Shown here piece by piece: positions 48,976-56,778 of a stretch of DNA of 64,000 nucleotides. The stretch's first letter is position 1, and each line of letters starts with the position of its first letter. The stretch comes from an uncultured Mycoplasmatota bacterium (GTDB taxonomy: Bacteria > Bacillota_I > Bacilli_A > RF39 > UBA660). A model generated the notes under the pieces. It was given only the letters and a program-made list of their open reading frames with translations. It had not been told where the DNA came from and made no database searches. The stretch spans positions 25,602 to 89,601 of the forward strand of contig UQXO01000001.1 in NCBI GenBank assembly GCA_900545005.1. Reading direction: 5' to 3'. The position numbers were made by a program, and so were the translations under genes.

Positions 48976-49470
48976 ATGAAATGGATTAATTATTATATAT
49001 ATTATAGTATTCTAGGATTTTTATTTGAGACTTGTTGTAATGTTTTTATAAGAAGTAATTATTCAAGTGGAATTCTTTTTGGACCTTTTACTCCTATATA
49101 TTTCTTTGGTTTTTTGATTATTATGTTCTTAGATAAGTTACTTAAGAAACAGGAGAATAAGAAGTTTAGAGATATAGTTTTCTTCTTTTTAAGTTTTATT
49201 ATGTTAACACTTGTTGAGTATATTGGAGGACATTTATCACACTTTATTATCGGGCATAATAAATGGTCTTATGAATCTTGGCCTTTAAGTATAGGAAAAT
49301 ACATTAATCCTTTAGTATCCCTAGGATGGGCAACTGGTGCCTTAATATATGATAAATTCTTATTAAAAAGAATAAATAAAAGTATAGATAAAATGCCTCA
49401 CAGATTAACTTTCATCTTAGGGCTTTTATACATCATAGATTGTTATTTATCTATTAAAAATGGGTTTTAG
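48976..49470 (+). CDS. polytopic membrane protein, paralog of 25521..26282
   Basis: shares GFLFETCCN...GPFTPIYFFG segments with 25521..26282 product. Confidence 0.3.
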   Translation: MKWINYYIYYSILGFLFETCCNVFIRSNYSSGILFGPFTPIYFFGFLIIMFLDKLLKKQENKKFRDIVFFFLSFIMLTLVEYIGGHLSHFIIGHNKWSYESWPLSIGKYINPLVSLGWATGALIYDKFLLKRINKSIDKMPHRLTFILGLLYIIDCYLSIKNGF

Positions 49471-49520
49471 CATAGACAATTAGAACATTTAGACATAGTT
49501 TATTTTAGGGAGGAAGAAAT

Positions 49521-49949
49521 ATGTTTTTTGATGATATTGATTTTTTAATTACCGGGAATTTACCTAATAGTGATAATTATAATCAAAGTAGGTTAGTAGA
49601 CTGTAAGATTGGATATGCTAGAGGAAATATGTTTAGAGATGAGTATATTCCCTATAAGAATTATAAAGCAAAAGAAGTTATACCTCAGACGGAAGAAGAG
49701 GCCTTGCTTTTAAAGATAAATGAGAGTGAGTTTGCTTTAAATGATATTAGTCTTTATTTAGATTTACATCCTGAAGATAAGGAAATGTATAGAAAGTTTA
49801 GGGAAGAGGTTAAGAAGTATAAAGATTATTTAGATAGATATGAGAGGATGTATCGTCCTTTAGAACTCACTAGCACTTACACAGATTCATATGATTATTA
49901 TAAAAATCCTTGGCCTTGGGATAATGATGGGGGTATTAAGTATGTATAA
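49521..49949 (+). CDS. cotJB: spore coat protein CotJB family with about 55-aa N-terminal extension
   Basis: ALNDISLYLDLHPED ... NPWPWDND CotJB signature; stop overlaps cotJC start (ATGTATAA). Confidence 0.55.
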   Translation: MFFDDIDFLITGNLPNSDNYNQSRLVDCKIGYARGNMFRDEYIPYKNYKAKEVIPQTEEEALLLKINESEFALNDISLYLDLHPEDKEMYRKFREEVKKYKDYLDRYERMYRPLELTSTYTDSYDYYKNPWPWDNDGGIKYV

Positions 49950-50502
49950 GTATGAGAAACATTTAGCGTATCCGGTTAATATTAAGAAGAAAGATTTAAG
50001 AATGGCTAAATATATTATTGCTGGTTTAGGGGGATATGCTGGGGAACTTGCGGCCGCTTTAAGATATTTTTCACAGAGTTTTTCAATGCCTGATGCGAAG
50101 GGTAAAGCTTTACTTAATATGATTGCTACAGAAGAGCTGGGACATTGTGAGATGATTGCGACGATGTTTAGACAATTAATTAAAGGAGCAACGGTTGAGG
50201 AATTAGAAGCAGCTGGTCTTTCCGAATATTATATGGATCATGGTAGAGGGGTTTATCCGGTGAATCCTTCGGGAGTACCGTTTACCGCTAGTTATTTTGC
50301 TTCGACAGGGGATCCAATCGTTGATTTATGTGAAGATATGGCAGCAGAAGAGAAGGCGAGAGCAGGGTATGAGAATATGCTTAGTCTGGCTACGGATGAG
50401 GATTTAATCGGACCTTTGTTGTTCTTAAGACAAAGGGAAGTTGTACATTATAATCGTTTTAAAGAGTTATATGAATACTATAAAAGTCAAAATACTAAAT
50501 AA
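49942..50502 (+). CDS. cotJC: spore coat protein CotJC (manganese-catalase/ferritin-like)
   Basis: YEKHLAYPVNIKKKDLRMAKYIIAGLGGYAGELAAALRY...TEELGHCEMIATM; start set to ATG 49942. Confidence 0.8.
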   Translation: MYKYEKHLAYPVNIKKKDLRMAKYIIAGLGGYAGELAAALRYFSQSFSMPDAKGKALLNMIATEELGHCEMIATMFRQLIKGATVEELEAAGLSEYYMDHGRGVYPVNPSGVPFTASYFASTGDPIVDLCEDMAAEEKARAGYENMLSLATDEDLIGPLLFLRQREVVHYNRFKELYEYYKSQNTK

Positions 50503-50507
50503 AAAAG

Positions 50508-50552
50508 ATATCCTAGTATCAAGTTTAATCTTAGTACGTAGGATATTCTTTT
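50508..50552. terminator. bidirectional hairpin between convergent cotJC and Rpn-like genes
   Basis: AAGATATCCTAGTA...TACGTAGGATATTCTT imperfect inverted repeat flanked by A/T runs. Confidence 0.4.
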
Positions 50553-50554
50553 TA

Positions 50555-51619
50555 TTATTCTAAAGAATTAATTTCTTCTAATGATAAACCAGTAACATTA
50601 GCAATTAAATCTTTGGATAAATTATTAGCTAACATATTTTTAACTATCTCTTTGGATTTATTCTCATTATCTTCCCTTAGTTTCCTATTTTCGGATGCTA
50701 TTTTTTCGTTTTCAGCGACCATCTTTTCGTTTTCAGCAACCATTTTTTCGTTTTCAGCGACTATCTTTTCGTTTTCAGCGACCATCTTTTCTTTTTCGGC
50801 AACCATCTTTTCTTTTTTGGCGGCCATTTTTTCGCTTTCAGCAAATATCTTAGAAGCTTTAGCAATATCAGCTTCCGCTTGCTTTCTAATTTCTTTAGCT
50901 TCGTCCTTGATTTGTTTGGCTTCAGCCCTAATTTGTCTGGCTTCGGCTTTAATATCTTCGGCATCAGATATTATTGTATTCATAAGCATTTCTTGGTTTG
51001 AATACTCCGTATAAAGAGCAATGTTGTCTTCATCAGCTGATAATTCTTTTACGCGATCAAATAGTTTAGTTCCTTCTTCTTCACCCATAATCTCTATAGC
51101 CTTTCTTAAGAAGACTTCTTCATCATCAGTATCTATTAACAAACACCAATTGGCAACTCTTCTTTCATATTCGTTAATTAGATTGTAACACGGATCTTTG
51201 CTTAAGTTAACAAAAATATTATAGATTTTATCATCCCAGCCGTAAGCAACCTTGCCATCTTGATCACGCATCTGATAAATGGCTACTAATCTTTTCGTAT
51301 CGTTATCTAAATCATCAAAGAAATTAAAATTTACTTGAACCAGACGGGCAATATTCTTATACTTATTGTTACCAACAGTTAAGGTATTCGCCCCAATTAT
51401 ATTAGTATAAACTTTATTGCGATTTAACATTGGTAGTTGGGAATTTAGTTCAACATTGATATATTCATCTCTTTTAGGAGTCTTAAAGATTTCATGTTTA
51501 ATTAGTAAATCTACTTTATTTAGCATTTTTCTTTTATTCATTATTTTTAGATCTCGATTAAGATATTCAATTTTACCTTCAAGGATATCTTTCTTAATAT
51601 TTAGAACATCTGATAACAA
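50555..51619 (-). CDS. Rpn/YhgA-like PD-(D/E)xK nuclease family (putative transposase) protein with internal heptad tandem repeats
   Basis: C-terminal NMLANNLSKDLIANVTGLSLEEINSL tail typical of TIGR01784 family; INVELNSQ core; 8x MVAENEK-type repeats. Confidence 0.55.
   Translation of the reverse strand: MLSDVLNIKKDILEGKIEYLNRDLKIMNKRKMLNKVDLLIKHEIFKTPKRDEYINVELNSQLPMLNRNKVYTNIIGANTLTVGNNKYKNIARLVQVNFNFFDDLDNDTKRLVAIYQMRDQDGKVAYGWDDKIYNIFVNLSKDPCYNLINEYERRVANWCLLIDTDDEEVFLRKAIEIMGEEEGTKLFDRVKELSADEDNIALYTEYSNQEMLMNTIISDAEDIKAEARQIRAEAKQIKDEAKEIRKQAEADIAKASKIFAESEKMAAKKEKMVAEKEKMVAENEKIVAENEKMVAENEKMVAENEKIASENRKLREDNENKSKEIVKNMLANNLSKDLIANVTGLSLEEINSLE
50683..50849. repeat. about 8 tandem copies of a 21-bp unit, in-frame inside Rpn-like gene
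   Basis: ttttcgttttcagcgaccatc and variants; encodes (K/E)(K/E)MVAENEK coiled-coil heptads. Confidence 0.7.
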
Positions 51620-51755
51620 TTGTTCTAAGGTACAATGATAAATAAAAGTCGCCTAAGATTTGTGTGAAAAGAAAATCTATTTTTAAAGGAATTAATTTTC
51701 CTTTAGGAAGAGGATTAATCCGGATATTATTCTTTGATATATTATTTCCTTCTTT

Positions 51756-52286
51756 CTACTTCTTTAATTCTTGTAAGTAGATTTTTATCATACTTTCTGG
51801 AGTATGAGTTTTTTTAGCCATTTCGGGAATGGAAGCGCCAGCTGCTAAGAGATTAACGATATCATTTAATTTATCTTTTAAAGTAGCGGGATCATCATTG
51901 GTAAATCTTGCTAGTTCGTTAGCAATTAATCTTTCCTTACGATTTAGAGCCATGACATAACCATCTACTCCTAGGCGCTTGGCAGATTCTGCAACATCGT
52001 ATCCTAAAAGATTTTTAAAAGTTTCATAAATATTATCTACCACGGCGGTTAATGATTCGCTACCTTTGGCATATTCATAAGCCGTTTTTAAATCAACACT
52101 ACAATAACTCATTAAATTTAAAATCTTTAAGCCATTAGTGGTTTCTTGGCCTAAAATTTCAGGATGTTTATCTAATTCATCAATGTCGATATTGATAACA
52201 AACTTTTTAATAGGTCCATCTTCGACTTCATATGCTTTGATAGCGGCATTATTCATTTTTGTTTTCATTTTGACCTCCTTTTCCAA
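51756..52286 (-). CDS. hypothetical protein
   Basis: strong GGAGG RBS; 176 aa; possible C-terminal HTH-like segment. Confidence 0.4.
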   Translation of the reverse strand: MEKEVKMKTKMNNAAIKAYEVEDGPIKKFVINIDIDELDKHPEILGQETTNGLKILNLMSYCSVDLKTAYEYAKGSESLTAVVDNIYETFKNLLGYDVAESAKRLGVDGYVMALNRKERLIANELARFTNDDPATLKDKLNDIVNLLAAGASIPEMAKKTHTPESMIKIYLQELKK

Positions 52287-52296
52287 GAAGAATAAC

Positions 52297-52388
52297 TTCG
52301 GCCGAAAAATTATCCTTCTATATATATATATTGGCGGTCGAAGTCAATTTTTGTTCATAAATTGCAAAAAAGTTGCAAAAAATTGCAA
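52297..52388. promoter_or_regulatory. structured divergent intergenic region: GC palindrome TTCGGCCGAA, (TA)6, three TTGCAA repeats at 10-11 bp phase
   Basis: 52297..52306 palindrome; 52331..52343 partial inverted partner CGGTCGAAG; TTGCAA at 52362, 52373, 52383. Confidence 0.35.
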
Positions 52389-52523
52389 TTTTTTAACATT
52401 TTCCATCTTTAGAAAACTTATTTAACTAAAAAATAATTATTTATAAACTTTTTAGACTAGAAAGAATATTTATGTGATAGAATAACAACCGATTTAGATT
52501 TTAAAACTTACTAGAAAGGTGAT

Positions 52524-54056
52524 ATGGATATTAAGATAGGGGGATATCCTTTAGATAAAGAACAACTAAGAATAGCAACAACTAAAGAAAAAGAGGTTCT
52601 GGTAGTAGCAGGAGCAGGGTCAGGGAAAACTTTTACAATCGTAGGGCGCATCTGGTATTTAATTAATATAGAAAAAGTAAATCCGGAAGAGATATTATGT
52701 ATTTCTTATACTAAGGATGCTGCAAGTAGTTTAAGAAATAAATTACTTAAAGAGTTTAATATTTTAATGAGTGTTTATACTTTTCATAAGCTTTCTATTA
52801 ATATCTTAAAGAATAGTAATATTTATTTTAAGATTGCTAGTCCAGACTCTTTAGAGCTTATTATTGAGGAGTATTTAAGAATAGATATTCTTCTATATCC
52901 AGAACAACTTAAGTATTTAAGATTTATCCTAAAGATTAATTGGCATAGTACGGAAGAATATCTTAAGATTTTGGATAGTCATAAGGAAGAGATAGATAAG
53001 TTTATCAAGGTAGTAGCAACTTTTATTAGATTAATGAAGTGTAATGGAAAAGATATTTCTTTATTACAAGAGATATTAAAGAGACTAGGGAAGAATATAT
53101 TCAAGAGAATAGAGTGTTATTATATCTTAATAATTCTTAATATCTATGTGAAGTATAAAATTTATTTAGAAGAGAATGGAGAATATGACTTTGATGATTT
53201 AATTATGGAGGCTACTAAGATAGTTAAGGATAGTTCTTATACTAGGAAATTTAAATATATTATTATTGATGAGTACCAGGATAGTTCTTTTATTAGGTTT
53301 AATTTAATTAAAGAGATAGTTAATATTAATGAAGCTTATTTTATGGCCGTAGGAGATGATTTTCAGTCGATATATAAGTTCTCAGGGAGTGATATTGGGT
53401 TATTTATTAATTTTAAGGATTATTTTAAGAAAGGGAAAGTTCTAAAGATACAGACTACTTATCGGAATAGTCAGGAACTAGTTGATATTGCTGGGGATTT
53501 TATTATGAAGAATAAGATACAACTAAGAAAAGAGATGAGGTCTAATATCCATATTAAGAAACCAGTTAAGATTGTTTATTATGATTCTAAAGAAAAGGAT
53601 TTTTATAGATTATGTTCATATTTAAAAAGAAAGGGTAGTTATAATATATTAGTCTTAGGGAGGAATAACAACGATATAAAAGGGTATATGAGTAAAGAGG
53701 TTACTTTTAATGATGGGGTTATTAATCTGGGGAATGATAATATTATGAAGATAAATTATATGACTATGCATAGGTCTAAAGGACTGGAGTGTGATGATGT
53801 AGTTATTATTAACTTAAGAGATGATACGTTTGGATTTCCTTCACAGGTAGAGGCTGATAAGATATTAAACTACATTAGAAAGGATACAAAAAAAGACTTC
53901 TTAGAAGAAGAAAGAAGGCTATTTTATGTGGGATTAACTAGAGCAAAGAAGAATGTTTATTTATTTACACCGAAGAAAAAGGCTTCAATTTTTGTTATAG
54001 AACTCTTAAAGAATTATAAAGATAAACTGGAGATTATTAACAATCTTGACAAGTGA
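52524..54056 (+). CDS. UvrD/helicase-IV-like SF1 helicase (shorter paralog of 28271..30526)
   Basis: AGAGSGKTFT, IIIDEYQD, VGDDFQSIYKFSG, TYRNSQEL, TMHRSKGLECDDV, FYVGLTRAKK. Confidence 0.75.
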   Translation: MDIKIGGYPLDKEQLRIATTKEKEVLVVAGAGSGKTFTIVGRIWYLINIEKVNPEEILCISYTKDAASSLRNKLLKEFNILMSVYTFHKLSINILKNSNIYFKIASPDSLELIIEEYLRIDILLYPEQLKYLRFILKINWHSTEEYLKILDSHKEEIDKFIKVVATFIRLMKCNGKDISLLQEILKRLGKNIFKRIECYYILIILNIYVKYKIYLEENGEYDFDDLIMEATKIVKDSSYTRKFKYIIIDEYQDSSFIRFNLIKEIVNINEAYFMAVGDDFQSIYKFSGSDIGLFINFKDYFKKGKVLKIQTTYRNSQELVDIAGDFIMKNKIQLRKEMRSNIHIKKPVKIVYYDSKEKDFYRLCSYLKRKGSYNILVLGRNNNDIKGYMSKEVTFNDGVINLGNDNIMKINYMTMHRSKGLECDDVVIINLRDDTFGFPSQVEADKILNYIRKDTKKDFLEEERRLFYVGLTRAKKNVYLFTPKKKASIFVIELLKNYKDKLEIINNLDK

Positions 54057-54585
54057 ATCTAGCATGGGGACTAAGAGCAGTTAGTTCAATAGAATATTTA
54101 TTTTTAGCAGAGGAATCGACACCAGTTACGGGAATGTGAATGACTAGTAAAGTTGGAGATGGGTAAGAATTAACATTAGCAACATACTTATAAGTAACAT
54201 TATGAACATCATAATTTCCATAATTAAGGTCCCATTTTTCGAGCATACCAGCTCTTCCATAGGCAATAAAAGTGTCATTGACACATAAATACTTTGTGGT
54301 ACCGTCGTGAAATTTAAAAGCGCTACAATTAGTATAACTACTGTCAGTAGACTTCTTAATAAAAGTTTCTAAATAATTATCAGAATTAATCAAATCACTT
54401 TGAATAACATTAATTAGAGAAGCTCTAGTCAAGGTATCTTCATTTCTTTTATTGGATAAAACATCTTCATTCTTTAGGTCAGATAGTAAATTAACAACAA
54501 ATATCATTACAATGGATATTAGAACTAAGCTAACTAAGACTTCCATTAAAGTCATACCTTTCTTATTCATATTACTCCTTTGCAT
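54037..54585 (-). CDS. type IV pilin-like / pseudopilin (prepilin N-terminal cleavage-methylation motif)
   Basis: MNKKGMTLMEVLVSLVLISIV: G-1, E+5, hydrophobic helix. Confidence 0.55.
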   Translation of the reverse strand: MQRSNMNKKGMTLMEVLVSLVLISIVMIFVVNLLSDLKNEDVLSNKRNEDTLTRASLINVIQSDLINSDNYLETFIKKSTDSSYTNCSAFKFHDGTTKYLCVNDTFIAYGRAGMLEKWDLNYGNYDVHNVTYKYVANVNSYPSPTLLVIHIPVTGVDSSAKNKYSIELTALSPHARFTCQDC

Positions 54586-55261
54586 ATAATTTGGTACTAT
54601 TATAGTAATTTTTGGTTACTTTGCGATAGCAAGTATTATTCTCTTTAACATAACCATTAGTACAATTACCATCTTTTAATTTACCTTTTTTATTATAGTC
54701 AATATATTCTTCTTGATATTCAACAATTAGACGATAACCATCATCAGTACCTGATAATGTCTTAAGATAAAGAATAGCATTTGTACTCATATTATTTAGA
54801 GCTTCCATACTAGCGTTATTAGTGCAGCTATTCTTATTAGATTTCGTTAAACACTGTTTTAGGTCATTAACATTATAGTAAGTAATATAAATTCTAGAAA
54901 TTTGTAAATAATCAGCGCCGTTACTAATAACTTTATTACTGAAAGCTTGTTTACCAGCTTCTTTATCATTTCGAGATCCATATTCATAAATGTTATACAA
55001 GGAGCCATCTTCAGCATTAAAGACAATTATTTTTTTACCGGCATCGACTAAGTATTTTTTTATATAGTTATTAAGATTTAAAGAGACTAAGTAATCTTCC
55101 AAAAGATAAGTACGGTATAAATAGCTAGTATCATCAAACATAGCTCTTCTTTTTTCATTTATAAGTACCCTAGAGAAAGTAATATATATTGTGATTAAAG
55201 AGGTCGTCAGAATTGTCATAACCATAATTGTTTCTACAAACATAAATCCTTTTTTATTCAT
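54572..55261 (-). CDS. pseudopilin-like protein (prepilin-type N-terminus)
   Basis: MNKKGFMFVETIMVMTIL: G-1/F+1/E+5; 229 aa. Confidence 0.5.
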   Translation of the reverse strand: MNKKGFMFVETIMVMTILTTSLITIYITFSRVLINEKRRAMFDDTSYLYRTYLLEDYLVSLNLNNYIKKYLVDAGKKIIVFNAEDGSLYNIYEYGSRNDKEAGKQAFSNKVISNGADYLQISRIYITYYNVNDLKQCLTKSNKNSCTNNASMEALNNMSTNAILYLKTLSGTDDGYRLIVEYQEEYIDYNKKGKLKDGNCTNGYVKENNTCYRKVTKNYYNSTKLYAKE

Positions 55262-55324
55262 ATTAATTCCTTATCCTATATATAGAATAGCATAAATCTT
55301 GTTAAAAATAAACTTATTAAAAGG

Positions 55325-55576
55325 TTATTTTAAAGATTGTTTTATTTCTTCATAGGAGGCATAACATTCAATTTTCTCGGTGTCACCATTAGAGTTTATT
55401 ATTTCACAAGAACAAGTTTTATCTTTACAGGAACAGTTTGTCGCATTGGCACATTTTACATTACTATTACACATAGGTTTAATTTTAGGGACAATAAATA
55501 GATAAATAATACCAATAAGAAGCATTATATTAGTCTGAAAGATAATAAAATTTATAAGATTAATTTGTTTTTTCAT
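55325..55576 (-). CDS. small membrane protein with Cys-rich C-terminal domain
   Basis: one TM then 8 Cys (CNSNVKCANATNCSCKDKTCSCE...C); start codon overlaps upstream stop (TAAATG). Confidence 0.35.
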   Translation of the reverse strand: MKKQINLINFIIFQTNIMLLIGIIYLFIVPKIKPMCNSNVKCANATNCSCKDKTCSCEIINSNGDTEKIECYASYEEIKQSLK

Positions 55577-55672
55577 TTAGCACCACCAGGGAAAAAGGAT
55601 ATTTAAGATAATAAGTTCTAGGATAATGAGGCTGATACTAAGAATAATAGAGTGTTTAATAAGTATTTTCAT
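55577..55672 (-). CDS. 31-aa hydrophobic micro-protein (not in ORF track), first gene of pseudopilin operon
   Basis: AAAGGA RBS 8 nt upstream of ATG 55672; MKILIKHSIILSISLIILELIILNILFPWWC. Confidence 0.3.
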   Translation of the reverse strand: MKILIKHSIILSISLIILELIILNILFPWWC

Positions 55673-55778
55673 ACGAATAGTCCTTTCTTAGAATATATAT
55701 TCTTATAGAGCAATTGTATCAATTATTTAAGCAAATGTCTTTATTTTATGATAAAATTATTCTAGAAAGGATAGAAAG

Positions 55779-56747
55779 ATGAAGAAGGGTAGTAAAATCT
55801 TAGGAATTATTTTAATTATTATAGTTACTTTTAGTCTAGGGACAGTAGGAGGTTATTATCTTTTTAAGATGAAGATGGATAATAGTAATAATTCTTCTGT
55901 TGAAGGGGATAAGAAAAATAATCCTGATGAGAAGGATAATGCTAGCTCTAAAGAAGAAGTTAATGATAATACTTCTAAGGATGAAGTACTTAGTCTAACC
56001 GATAGTATTGTCAAGGAATTATTTAGTAGGAAGACTAATTTTCATATAAGTAGTAAGGTTACCTATGATACTTTGAGTGATCAAAAGAAATTAGGAGTAG
56101 ATTTAGATGGTCTTAAGAAGAGAAGTTTTAATCTAAATTATAAAGATATCTGTGATAAGTTAAAGAATAGTGGTAATCCGTATATGATTGATGGATATGA
56201 TACTTGTATAAGTCTAAAGAATAAATGGGAAGATGATACGGACTTAGTTACTTATTATACTGTTGATGATGTTAAAAAGAATAATATTAAGTATTTTAAT
56301 GAAAGTAGTAATCTACCGAAAGATTATAGTTATGTAATGTTAACGACTTTAGAGTTAAATCCTGGGTGTGAGAAGGTAGTACTTCAAAGTAAAGATAATT
56401 ATTATTTAGATATGGATATGCATTGTGGATATGGTGGCTTAGAACCAGTGATTGAGAATAATCTTGTTAAAGCAGTTAAATCTAATGATGAAATTATTCT
56501 TTATGATACTTATGTCATAGGAATTATGGATGATAATATTGGAGAAACACAATATTTTAACTTCTATGGTGATGAAGACTTTATAAATAAGATTAAATCT
56601 TTAAAAGTTATTGTTACAGATAATGGCTCTATATATGATAAGAATGAACTTGCTAAGTTTAAACAGACTTATAAACATACATATAAGAAAAATAAATCGG
56701 GAGAATATTATTGGGTAGCAAGTGAACCAGTAAGTTCTGTAGACTAG
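55779..56747 (+). CDS. membrane-anchored hypothetical protein
   Basis: N-terminal TM, acidic/Ser-rich linker, 250-aa domain with 4 Cys. Confidence 0.35.
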   Translation: MKKGSKILGIILIIIVTFSLGTVGGYYLFKMKMDNSNNSSVEGDKKNNPDEKDNASSKEEVNDNTSKDEVLSLTDSIVKELFSRKTNFHISSKVTYDTLSDQKKLGVDLDGLKKRSFNLNYKDICDKLKNSGNPYMIDGYDTCISLKNKWEDDTDLVTYYTVDDVKKNNIKYFNESSNLPKDYSYVMLTTLELNPGCEKVVLQSKDNYYLDMDMHCGYGGLEPVIENNLVKAVKSNDEIILYDTYVIGIMDDNIGETQYFNFYGDEDFINKIKSLKVIVTDNGSIYDKNELAKFKQTYKHTYKKNKSGEYYWVASEPVSSVD

Positions 56748-56778
56748 AAAAAAATCTATTCGTTATGAGTAGATTTTT

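Noticed and set aside
50683-50849. Possible CRISPR array (regular 21-bp repeats)
   Set aside because: Units are contiguous with no spacers, in-frame within a long ORF, and encode heptad repeats; no cas genes. This is a coding tandem repeat, not CRISPR
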